Positions 37,248 through 48,768 of a stretch of DNA of 64,000 bases are shown piece after piece (positions within the stretch are counted from its first letter, which is position 1; each line of letters opens with the position of its first letter). The notes beneath the pieces are model-generated. The model was not told where the DNA came from, searched no databases, and saw only the letters and a program-made list of their open reading frames with translations. Location: positions 1 to 64,000 of the forward strand of contig NW_027254672.1 of assembly GCF_044704955.1 (NCBI RefSeq). Reading direction: 5' to 3'. The stretch is from Pristiophorus japonicus. Its lineage: Eukaryota. The position numbers were made by a program, and so were the translations under genes.

Positions 37248-40200
37248 TGTTATGTATGGAGAAAGAGTCATGCTGATCACTGTGAGCTCAAAGTAAAGTG
37301 TGACCCGTAGTCTTTTATTGCAGGTCTCCAGAGTACCTCTCCAACCCGTGAGGCCTCCTTAAATACCTGTGCTCCCAAGGGTTTATGGGATCCCTTGGGA
37401 CTCCAGGGGATGAGCCCGCTGGTGGCTGTACAGAGTAATTACAAGTTTACAAAAATAACACTCCTTCCCAAAGTCAATAGTGTAACTATTCACGACGTGA
37501 GTCGATCTGGGGCCCTTCTTGCCCTGGTTGATCGTCTCGGTGTAAAAGCTGATATTGTTAAATCATTTGTTGGGCCCTCGCAGGGCTGCTGTGCAGCTGG
37601 CCTTGCTGAGCTGCCTGATGTGTTGGGTTCTGCATCGCGCTCAACCGTGGTGCCGGTTGCCGCTGGTGTGTATGCTGGGGGGTCAAAAAAGATAGGGTCC
37701 AAGGTGGGTTGCTCTGGATAGTCCGTGAATCTGAGTTTGATTTGGTCCAAGCGTTTCCGGTGAATGAATTCATTTGAAAGTTTGACCCGAAACACCCTAC
37801 TCCCCTCTTTGGCCACGACAGTTCCGGGAAGCCACTTGGGACCTTGTCCATAATTCAATACAAAAACAGGATCATTGATTTCAATCTCGCATGACACATT
37901 TGCCCTATCATGGTATGCACTTTGTTGAAGCCGCCTGCTCTCTACCTGTTCATGTAGATCAGGGTGAACTAATGAGAGCCTTGTCTTAAGTGCTCTTTTC
38001 ATGAGCAGTTCAGCAGGTAGGATCCCAGTGAGCGAGTGGGATCTCGTGCGGTAGCTAAGCAGGATGCAGGGTAGGCAAGTCTGCAGTTACCCTCTTCAAG
38101 CCTTGCTTGATGGTTTGCACTGCTCTCTCTGTCTGACCATTGGATGCTGGTTTAAACGGGGCAGATGTGACATGTTTGATCCCGTTACGGGTCATGAATT
38201 CTTTGAACTCAGCACTGGTAAAACATGGGTACCATTGTTGCTCACCAGGACATCGGGTAATCCGTGAGTGGCAAACATGGCCCGCAGACTTTCAGTGGTG
38301 GCAGCAGACATGCTCGCCGATATTATCTCACATTCAATCCACTTGGACTCCGCGTCTACAACCAGAAGGAACATTTTACCCAAGAATGGACTTGTATAGT
38401 TGACGTGTACCCTAGACCACAGTTTGGAGGGTCAAGATCATAAACTTAGCGGCGCCTCCCTGGGTACATTGCTTAACTGCGAGCATATATTGAATCTGTG
38501 AATGCAGAACTCTAAGTCCGCATCAATACCGGGCCACCACACGTGGGATCTGGCTATCGCTTTCATCATTACGATGCCTGGGTGGGTACTGTGGAGGTCA
38601 GTGGAGGTCTCTGCCCTTCTTGGGGACCACTACTCGATTGCCCCACAGAAAGCAGTCTGCCTGTATAGACATTTCATCCTTGCGCCTCTGCCATGGCTTA
38701 ATCATTTCCTGCATTTCCACTGGGACACTGGACCAGCTTCCATGAAGCACACAGCTTTTGACTCGAGATAATAAGGAGTCCTGGCTTGTCCAGGTTTTGA
38801 TCTGCCGGGCAGTGACAGGTGATTGCTCACTCTCAAATGCTTCCATAACCACGGCTAGATCTGTGGGCTGCGCCATTTCCACCCCCGTGGTGGGCAATGA
38901 CAGCCTACTGAGAGCATCGGCGCAGTTTCTGTGCCTGGCTTGTGGCGGATGGCGTAGTTGTATGCGGACAACGTGATAGTCCATCTCTGGATGCGGGCCG
39001 ATGCGTTGGTATTTATCCCTTTACTCTCGGAATACAGGGATGTAAGTGGCTTATGGTCAGTTTCCAATTAGAATTTTAGCCCAAACAGGTATTGATGCAT
39101 TTTCTTTACCCCATAGACACACGCAACGCTTCTTTTTCAATCATGCTGTCGGCTCTCTCAGCCTTAGACAGACTCCTGGATGCATAAGCAACCGGTTGCA
39201 GTTTCCCGAAATCATTGGCTTCTGCAGCACCCAACCGACGCCATATGGCGACGCATCACATGCCAGTACCAAACGCTTACATGGATCATACAACACAAGC
39301 AATTTGTTTGAGCATAACAATTTTCTCGCTTATACAAAAGCATTTTCTTGGCTTTTGCCCCAAACACATTCGTCCCCTTTTCGTAGTAAGACATGCAATG
39401 GTTCGAACAGTGTGCTGAGACCCGGTAAGAAGTTACCAAAGTAGTTCAGGAGTCCCAGAAACGACCGCAGCTCCGTCACGTTCTGTAGCTTCGGTGCGTT
39501 CTCGATTGCCTCAGTCTTCGCGTTGGTGGGCCTGATGCCGCCTGCCGTGATTCTCCTTCCCAAGAACTCCACTTCAGGCACCAGGAAAATGCACTTCAAG
39601 CATTTTAACCTGAGCCCCACGCGGTTGAGTCGACTAAGAACCTCCTCCAGGTTCTACAGATGCTCGTCTGTGTTCCGACCTGTGACCAAGATGTCATCTT
39701 GGAAGACCACAGTGTGTGGGACCGACTTCAGTAAGCTTTCCATGTTTCTCTGGAATATCGGCACCGCTGATCGAATTCCAAACGGGCATGTGTTATAAAC
39801 AAAAAGACCTTTGTGCGTGTTGATGCAGGTGAGGGCCTTCGATGATTTCTCCAGATCCGACGTCATGTAGGCTGAAATCAGATCCAGCTTCGTGAACGTC
39901 TTTCCTCTCGCCAGCATTGCAAAGAGGTCGTCGGCCGTTGGTAGTGGGTATTGGTCCTGCAGGGATCAACGATTGATAGTTACTTTGTAATCGCCAGATT
40001 CTGACGGTGCTGTCTCCTTTGAGGACTGGGACGATAGGAGTGGCCCTCTCGTTGAAGTCGATCGGTGAAATGATGCCCTCTCTTTGCAGCTGGTCTAGCT
40101 CGATCTCTACCCTTTCTCTCATCATGTACGGTACTGCTCTCGCCTTGTGATGGATGGGTTGAGCCCCCGGAATTAGGTGGATCTGCACTTTTGCTCCTTG

Positions 40201-41805
40201 GAATTTCCCGATGCCTGGTTCGAACAGCAAAGGAAACTTGTTTAATACCTGGGCACACGAAGTGTCGTCAGCAGGCGATAGCGCTCGGACGTTGTCCAAG
40301 TTCCAGCATGTCGTTCCCAGCCAGCTTCTGCTAAGCAGGGTGGGACCATTGCCTGGTACCACCCAGAGTGGTAGCTTGCGCACTGCTCCATCATAGGAGA
40401 CCTTTACGGTAGCACTGCCGATTACAGGAATAAGTTATTTTGTTTAAGTTCTTAGTTTCATGCAAACTTGAGTTAAAACTGGCCATGAGGCCTTGTTGCA
40501 CCACAATCTTTCGAAAGTCTTTTTGCCCATGATGGACTGGCTCACGCCCGTGTCCAGCTCCATTGACACCGGGAGTTCATTTAGTTCAACATTCAGCATT
40601 ATCGGGGGACACTTCATGGTAAATGTGTGCACCCCATATACCTCTGAGTCTTCGGTCTGAGACTCTGGTTCGTCGTGATCCTCCGTTGATCCGTCCTCCT
40701 CTGCAACATGGTAGTTTGCAAGTTTGACAGGATTTGCAGCTCACCTGCACACTCGTTGGAGGTGTCCCAATGTTCCACAGCCCTTGCAAACGTACTTTTT
40801 GAATCGGCATGAATGGAAAAGATGATTACCCCCGCAGTGCCAACAAGGTGTTAATGGCGTTGCATTCATCACCCTCGATGGTGGACTCAGACATCTGTGG
40901 ACGTGCAGCTGCAGGTGTGTGTGACCTGCCCTGTACATTACGATTCAAAAACAACATTGCTTTGTTTACAGTACTTGTAGCAGCACTTGTGTGCTGAGAG
41001 ATTTGCTTGTACTTGTAGCAGCACTTGTGTGCTGAGAGATTTGCTTCGTATTGTCACTGGTGGCAATGAACTCCTGGGCTATCGCTATTGCCTTACTCAA
41101 GGTTGGGGTCTCTACAGTCAAAAGTTTGCGAAGTATGGTTTTCGTGGCCAATGCCAAATATGAAAAAGTCTCAGAGCATGTGCTCCAAATGTCCTTCAAA
41201 TTCGCAATGTCCTGCAAGGCGTCTTAGCTCGGAGACATATTTTGCCACTTCCTGGCCTTCAGACCTTTTGTCGCTGTAGAACCGGTACCTCGCCATCAGA
41301 ACGTCTTCCTTCGGGTTCAAATGCTCTCGGACCAGTGTGCACAAATCATCGTATGATTTCTCCGTGGGTTTCGCTGGGGTGAGCAGATTCTTCACGAGGT
41401 CATACGTTGGTGCCCCAGACGGTGAGGAGGATTGCCCTTCATTTGGCAGCGTTCTCTTCCCCATCTAGCTCGTTGGCCACGAAGTATTGGTCGAGTCACT
41501 CCACAAAAGTTTCCCAATCATCTCCCTCCGAGAATTTCTCCAGGATACCCAGTTCTCTGCATCTTTGGGTTCGCTATCTGTATCTCGTCGCCAGTAGTTA
41601 TGTATGGAGAAAGAGTCAGATTGAACACTGTGAGCTCAAAGTAAAGTGTGACCTTAGTCTTTTATTGCAAGTCTCCCGAGTGCCTCTCCAACCTGTGAGG
41701 CCTCCTTAAATACCTGTGCTCCGAAGGGATTAAGGGATCCCTTGGGACTCCAGGGGATAAGCCCTCTGATGGCTGTAGAGTAAATACAAGTTTACATATA
41801 TATAT
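37248..41805 (-). mobile_element. Full-length but frameshifted Gypsy retrotransposon inserted in a CR1
   Basis: LTRs at 37248-37460 and ~41596-41805; PBS TGGCGACGAG. Gag, protease (LDTGVS), RT (FQDDIL), RNaseH (CDASPYG, TDHKPL) and integrase. Splits the CR1 sequence GTGGTT|GATAATGAAG. Confidence 0.93.
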
Positions 41806-43231
41806 GATAATGAAGAAGGAAGTTGTAGACTTCAGGAAGATATCAATAAACTGGTCAGGTGGGCAGAAAAGTGGCAAATGGAATTCATTCCGGAGAAGTG
41901 TGAAGTAATGCATTTGAGGATGGCCAACAAGGCAAGGGAATACACAATAAATGGTAGGACACAAGGGTGTAGAGGAACAGAGGGACCTAGGAGTGCATGT
42001 TCACAGATCACTGAAGATAGCAGGCAAGGTGGTTAAGAAGGCACACGGAATACTTGCCTTTGTTAGCCGAGGCATAGAATACAAGAGCAGGAAGGCTATG
42101 CTTGAACTGTATAAAACACTAGTTAGGCCACAGCTGGAGTACTGCGTGCAGTTCTGGTCACCACATTACAGGAAAGATATGATTGCACTAGAGGCTTCAG
42201 AGGAGATTTATGAGGATGTTGCCTGGACTGGAGAATTTTAGCTATGAGAAATGATTGGATAGGCTAGGTTTGTTCTCATTTGGAACAGAGGAGGTCGAGA
42301 GGAGACCTCATTGAGGTGTATAACATTTTGAGGGGCCTGGATATAGTGGAGACTAAGGAACTATTTCCCTTGGTTGAGGAGTCAATTACGAGCGGGCATA
42401 GTTTTAAGGTGGTTGGTGGAAGGTTCTGAGGGGATTTGAGGGGAGGCTTCTTCACTCAGAGGGTTATGGGGGTCTGGAACTCAATGCCCGAAGGGTGGTG
42501 GATACTGTTATGTATGTAACTCTTGGCAACCTGTATCATACCACCAGCAGAGGGCCTACCTGTTCGGAGTCCCAAGGAATCCCAGCATCCCTTGGGAGCA
42601 CTGTATATAAGCAGGCCTCCCATGCTGTACCGACACTCTGGAGTTTAATTAAAGGAGCTAGGGTCACACTTACTCATTGCATACAGTACTCAATTGTATC
42701 ACTTTCTTATGAGCGTAACAGATACAGAAACCTTCACCACATTTAAAAGGTGCTTGGATGGGCACTTAAAAGTGCCGTAATCTGCAGGGTTACGGAACTA
42801 CAGCTGCTAAGTGGGATTAGACTGGATAACCTCTTGTTGGATGGCGCAGATAAGATGGCAAATACTGCAGGGAATCGAATATGGCCAGGGTGATCTCCGG
42901 GACAAGTTTCGATCGCCTGGATGGGTCGGAGAAGAATTTTCCCAGATTTGTTTTCCACAATTGGCCTGGATTTTAAAATCTGGTTTTTGCCTCGCTCAGG
43001 AGATCACCTGTCTCCGGTTGGGGTGGGATATAGAATGTTTCGGTGAAAGGGGTGTCGCGGTTGTGTGGGGGTGGACTGGTTAGGCTTTTTAGATTTTCCA
43101 CATTGTTCATAGGTTTATCTGTAACCTTCAGGGCTGCTGACCGAGGGCCGTGTGGATCTTTGTCGGCCGGCACGGACACGATGGGTCGGAATGGCCTCCT
43201 TCTGTGCTGTAGGTTTCTATGTTTCTATGTA
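41806..43231 (+). mobile_element. CR1 3' half with long 3' UTR
   Basis: ORF 41951-42241 ([15 protein letters not shown]); TTTCTATG tail. Confidence 0.85.
42506..42720 (+). mobile_element. Solo LTR of a related Gypsy family
   Basis: TGTTA...TAACA, 215 bp, TATATAA box, perfect 5-bp TSD GATAC. Confidence 0.9.
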
Positions 43232-43299
43232 AAAGAGCAATGGCTTGTCAACAGGTTTGTTTGGCTGTTTAGAAATGCATCAGTGTCCAGTAAAGCTCT

Positions 43300-46150
43300 A
43301 GGAGAAAGCTCTGCCCACCTGGGGCTCGCTTGCCGTGTAGGAGTTCCAAGTAGAGCGTTTGATTTGGGAGTCTTGTGTCGGAAATGCGAACAATGTGGCC
43401 CGGCCAACGGAGCTGGTCGAGTGTGGTCAGTGCTTTGATGCTGGGGATGTTGGCCTGATCGCGAACACTGACATTGGTGCGTCTGTCCTCTCAGGGGATT
43501 TGCAGGATCTTGCGGAGGCATCGCTGGATGAGGTGTGTACTGTATATGAACCATACAGGAGGGCAGGTCTCGCACCCTCTCATCAAACTACAGTACGTGG
43601 ACGACGCTTGTGTCTGCGCACATTCAGAGGCTGAACTCCAAGTCATCGTCGACATCTTCACCGAAAAGCATTGGCCTTACACCAACCTGACCCCGCAACA
43701 CAGCACTGCCCCCCAGTCATCAAGATCCACGGCCCGGCCCTGGACAACGTGGATCACTTTCCATACCTCGGGAGCCTATTATCAGCAAGGGCAGACATCG
43801 ACGACGAGGTTCAACACCGCCTCCAGTGCAACCGTCGGCCGCCTGAGGAAGAGAGTGTTCGAAGATTAGGCCCTCAAATCTGGCACCAAACTTATGGTCT
43901 AGTGATAGTGATTGTTTCAAGTCTACCCCCGCCTCCCACCCCACAATAGCTCAATTATCAATTATTGGGATGTTTTTAGTGTCCTCTACTGTAAAGTCCG
44001 ATACAAAATATTTGTTCAAAGTCTCTGCCATTTCCCTGTTTTTCCATTATTAATTCCCGAGTCTCATCCTCTAAGGGACCAACGTTTACTTTAGCTACTC
44101 GTTTCCTTTTGACATACCTGTAGAAGCTCTTACTGTATGTTGTTATATTTCTTGCTAATTTATTCTCATATTCTACCTTCTCCATCTTTATCCCTGCAGC
44201 ACTTTGCAATTTTTCTCCATTTAAATTATAATTTGCTTTTAAAAAAAAATTCTGCCAGTGGATAACCTCACACTTTCCCACATTATACTCCACCTGCCAA
44301 ATTTTTGCCCACTCAGCCTGTCTATATCCCTTTGCAGATGTTTTGTGCCTTCCTCACAACTTGCTTTCCCACCCATCTTTGTATCATCAGCAAACTTGGC
44401 TTCATTGCACTCAATCCCTTCATCCAAATCATTATTATAGATTGTAAATAGTTGAGGCCCCAGCACCGATCCCTGCAGCACCCCACTAGTTATTGTTTAC
44501 CAAATGGAAAATGACCCATTTATCCCATCTCTCTGTTTTCTGTTAGTTAGCTAATTCTCTATCCGTGCTAATATATTATCCCCAACCCCATGAACTTTTA
44601 TCTTGTGCAGTAATCTTTTATGTGGCATCTTATCGAATGCCTTCTGGAAATCCAAATACACATCCACTGGTTCCCCCTTAACCACCCTGCACGTTACATC
44701 CTCAAAGAATTCCAGCAAATTTGTCAAACATGTTTTTCCTTTCATGAAACCATGCTAACTCTGCTTAATTGAATTATGCTTTTCCAAATGTCCTGCTACT
44801 GCTTACTTAATAATGGACTCCAGCATTTGGCCAACGACAGATGTAAGGCTAACTGGTCTATAATTTCCTGCTTTCTGTCTGCCTCCTTTTTTAGATAGGG
44901 GCATTACATTTGCAGTTTTCCAGCCTCTGGGACCTCCCCACAATCCAGGGAATTTTGGTTAAATTACAACCAATGCATCCACTATCTCTGCAGTCACTTT
45001 TTTTAAGACCCTAGGATGCAAGCCATCAGATCCAGGGAACTTATCCACCTTTAGTCCCATTATTTTACTGAGTACTTCTTCTTTAGTGACAGTGATTGTT
45101 TTCAGTTCCTCCTGATAGCTCCTTGATTATCCATTATTGGGATGTTTTTGTCTTCTACCATGAAGTATACTGTACTGCGCTTGCTTCTGCGCACACTCAG
45201 AGGCCGAACTACAAGCCATGGTCAACACCATCATTGAGGCTACGAAAGCATAGCCTTGCACTAAACATCCGTAAGACAAAGGTCCTCCACCAACCTGACC
45301 CCGCCACATAGCACTGTGTCCCGGTCATCAAAGTGCACGGCACGGCCCTGGACAACGTGGACCATTTTCCATACCTCGGGAGCCTATTATCAGCAAGGGC
45401 AGACATCGATGACGAGGTCCAACACCGTCTCTAGTGCAGCCTTCAGTCATCTGAAGAAGAAATTGTTTGAAGACCAGGACCTCAAATCTGGCACCAAGCT
45501 TATAGTCTACAGTGAGGTAGCGATACCCGCCTTCCTGTATGGCTCAGAGACGTGGGCTATGTACAGTAAACACCGCAAAGCGCTGGAGAAATACCACCAA
45601 CGATATCTCCGCAAGATCCTGCAAATCCCCTGGGAGGACAGAGGCACCGTCAGTGTTCTCGATCAGGCCAACATCGAAGCACTGACCACACTCGACCAGC
45701 TCCGTTGGGCGGGCCACACTGTCCGCACGTCTGACACAAGATTCCCAAATCAAGTGCTCTACTCGGAAGTCGTACACGGGAAGCGAGCCCCAGGTGGGCA
45801 GAGGAAATGTTTCCAGGACACCCTCAAAGCCTCCCTGATAAAGTGCGACATCCCCACTGACACCTGGGAGTCCCTGGCCAAAGACCAGCCGAAGTGGAGG
45901 AGGAGCATCCGGGAGGGCGCTGAGCACCTCGAGTCCCGTCGCCGAGAGCGTGCAGAAACCAAGCGCAAGCAGCGGAAGGAGCGTGCGGCAAACCAGTCCC
46001 AGCCACCCTTTCCTCCAACCACTGTGTGTCCCACCTGTGGCACAGACTGTCATTCCCCAATTGGACGGTTCCGTCACCTGACAACTCAGTGTTAGAGTGG
46101 AAGCAAGTGTCCCCCGATCCCGAGGGACTGCCTGTGATGGTGATGATGTG
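43300..46150. mobile_element. RTE LINE fragments (43300-43900, 45170-46150) flanking a minus-strand CR1 (43905-45165)
   Basis: LQYVDD, FPYLGS, LYGSETW, QLRWAGH, C2H2-like C-terminus and (GAT)n tail; CR1 RT motifs in between. Confidence 0.85.
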
Positions 46151-46389
46151 TTGTATACACGCGCTGTCTCCTGTTACCGTCCATGGTCCACAGGTGGCTC
46201 AATGTCACTTCACTTCCCCACATTGTTGTCACAGCTCGAATACAAGCGATCATATTGGGATGTGGGTTGAAAGGATTGGCCCCACGTTCTCAGCCAGGAC
46301 TGTGAGCCTGTGTGCTGCAGGAGGGAAGATGGAGTTGTCCCGGGAACTATTGGCATTGGCCGCAGTTACTGCCCTGACTGGGGAGTGTT

Positions 46390-46790
46390 GGAGGGAGTTT
46401 ATCCCCGCCCCGCCCCGCCCCGCTCACTGCCTCCTCCAGCCCACTGCCGCCACACCCCGCACCACCTCGGCCCCTGGAGCCCACTCCCCCCTAACCCCAT
46501 CCATCCATCCCCCGCCCGGGTCCGCCCCCCGCTCACTGCAGGCCGGCCCCGGCCCCGGCCCCGGCCCCCAGCCTCTCCCCGCCCGCCCGGGCCCGGGCTC
46601 AGCCTCCGCTCACCGGCCGCCATCGCCTCCAACCGCGGCGCCGCTCCGCTGTTCCCGCCTCATCCACTCGCCATTCTGATTGGTCCCCAGCGCCGCGCGG
46701 GGCGGGGCGGGGCCGGTGGGCGGGGCGGGGCCGGTGGGCGGGGCCCCCGCGCGGGGCGGGGACGGTTGGGCGCGCGGGAAGTTTGAACCG
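46390..46790 (-). promoter_or_regulatory. CpG-island promoter with Sp1 GC boxes and CCAAT box
   Basis: Very GC- and CpG-rich block. Several GGGGCGGGG boxes at ~46697-46762, and ACCAATCAG on the minus strand at ~46677-46685, upstream of a Kozak ATG at 46623. Confidence 0.75.
46614..46623 (-). CDS. Putative first coding exon (MAA+G) of an unidentified gene
   Basis: Minus strand GGCG-ATG-GCG-GCC-G|GTGAGC: a strong Kozak context and splice donor just downstream of the CCAAT/GC boxes. No downstream exons identified. Confidence 0.45.
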
Positions 46791-48768
46791 GATGACCCAA
46801 ATATACAAACAAACCATTTGTGGTCAATCACAGCATGAGAAGGAATAGAAGCGGGAAATCAAATCAATGAGTTGTGTGCAGCAACAATCCTGAAAGGAAG
46901 TGTGAGCTTGGACAGATAAACAAGGGCAAGGAGCAGCTTTAAATACGGCCAAAAGATAAAGTCTGTCAATGCTGGGAGTGTGGGGCTTACTGAGGGAATG
47001 AGAAACAATGGTGGCACGGATTTAACAGCACTGACAAACCTGGCTGGGAATTGTGCAGGAGTGCAACATAAACACATCAGATTGCAATGTTTTCAGGAGG
47101 GGCAGAACAGGAGCAAGAGTGCAAGACAGGGTGAAGGAGGGAATAGATTCTGCAGGGAGCTGATGTGCACAAAAAATAAGTTCAGACAAAAAAAGACAAC
47201 AGCAGAAAAGAACCGAGATATAAGGAAAGTTGCGGGGGACCTCTCTACTCTTTACACCTTTTAGGCTCTCCCTAAAACCTACCTCTTTGACCGAGCTTGT
47301 GGAGCGCCTTGGGACGTTTTACATTAAAGGCACTATATAAATACAAGTTGTTGTTGTTAAGGAGCATCTTGAAGGAGGAATGAGGTAGAGAGGCGGAGAG
47401 GTTTAGGCAGGGAGTTCCAGAGCTTGGGGCCAGGCAACAGAAGGCACGGCCACCAATGGTGGAGCGATTATAATCCGGGATGCTCAGGAGGGGAGAATTA
47501 GAGGAGCGCAGACATCTCGAGGGGTTGTGGGGCTGGAGGAGATTACAGAGATAGGGAGGGGCGAGGCCATGGAGAGATTTGAAAACAAGGATGAGAAGTT
47601 TGAAATTGAGGCATTGCTAAACTGGGAGCTAATGTAGGTCAGCGAGCACAGGGGTGATGGGTGAGTGGGACTTGGTGCGAGTTAGGACACGGGCTGCTGA
47701 GTTTTGGTTGACCTCAAGTTTACGTTGCCAATATAGATGATAAATAGGAGGGGGCCAAGGATAGATTCTTGGGGGGGGAACCAGAGTTAACATGCAGGAG
47801 TAGGAAGAGAAACTATTCTCTGGCAACGGTTAGATAGATAAGATTGAAACCAGGTGAATGCAGTCCCACCCAGCTGGTCAACGGTGGAGAGGGTTTGGAG
47901 GATGGATTGGTAAATCATGTCAAAGTCTGCAGACAAGTCAAGAAGGACAACATAAAGACATTACGGTTACAATGTACAACGTCACAGGAGATTGGCTAAT
48001 TTTTAAAAAGAACCTTGTCTTGTGCAATGAGGATTGGGCGGATTGTACACTGGGTGTCAGCTCACAACAGCAGTTTTACACAAGTTGAAAATCTTACGTA
48101 TTTGATTCAATGTATATTTTAACCTGTTGATGTTAGATGAAGAAACCAGATGTGAATTGGTTTGCCTGGGCCTATCATAGCGACTGCTGATTGCACATCT
48201 TAATTTGTAGTTTTTGGAGCTTCGTGTTTTGGTGTTTTTCATTCCTGCTTGTTACTTGCTGATTCTCACGTTCTCCACCTGTGCAGTTGTGATCTGTTGG
48301 TGGTTGATGAATATGAAATTTAATCCTATCGGCTGGGAGAACTTTGCATATGAGAAGGTGTGACAGCCAAAGTGTGACACAGGAAATGTGACAGGCAAAC
48401 AGGAAATGCATCCTGTGCACCATTTTTAATAGGTTGCCAGTGGATGTCCTGTGTTACTCACAATAAGTCAGAGAATGCTCTGTTTTATGGAGCAATATAC
48501 ATGAACCTTTCGTTAACTTCAAATAGCGATTCATTTTAAAGTGGCTTTTCTCCCTACGACTGACGGTAGTTTCAAGCTGGTGACCATGTAGATGGCAAAT
48601 GCCCTGGTTACTGGTCATTTATTTCAGTCTAGTTTTAAATAGTATCCATGAGCTGAGCATTGAGAGATTGTACAGGGAGGTGCCACAGTAACCAACAGGA
48701 AGCTTACTTCATTGTAGAAAGAGACAGAACATGGGTATTTTAAAACAGGTCACTTATTAACGTTGGGT

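Noticed and set aside
46026-46831. Pro/Arg/Gly-rich ORFs over the CpG island
   Set aside because: Expected stop-codon scarcity in GC-rich DNA; partly RTE tail.
47035-47160. Minus-strand CVYVAL ITIM-like motif near an acceptor
   Set aside because: Stop codon immediately upstream and imperfect consensus; could be chance.
48090-48300. Possible further minus-strand cytoplasmic exon of gene B (DHNCTGGERENQ...; SRYDRP in another frame)
   Set aside because: Weak acceptor, and the Tyr motif requires a frameshift; not supportable without homologues.
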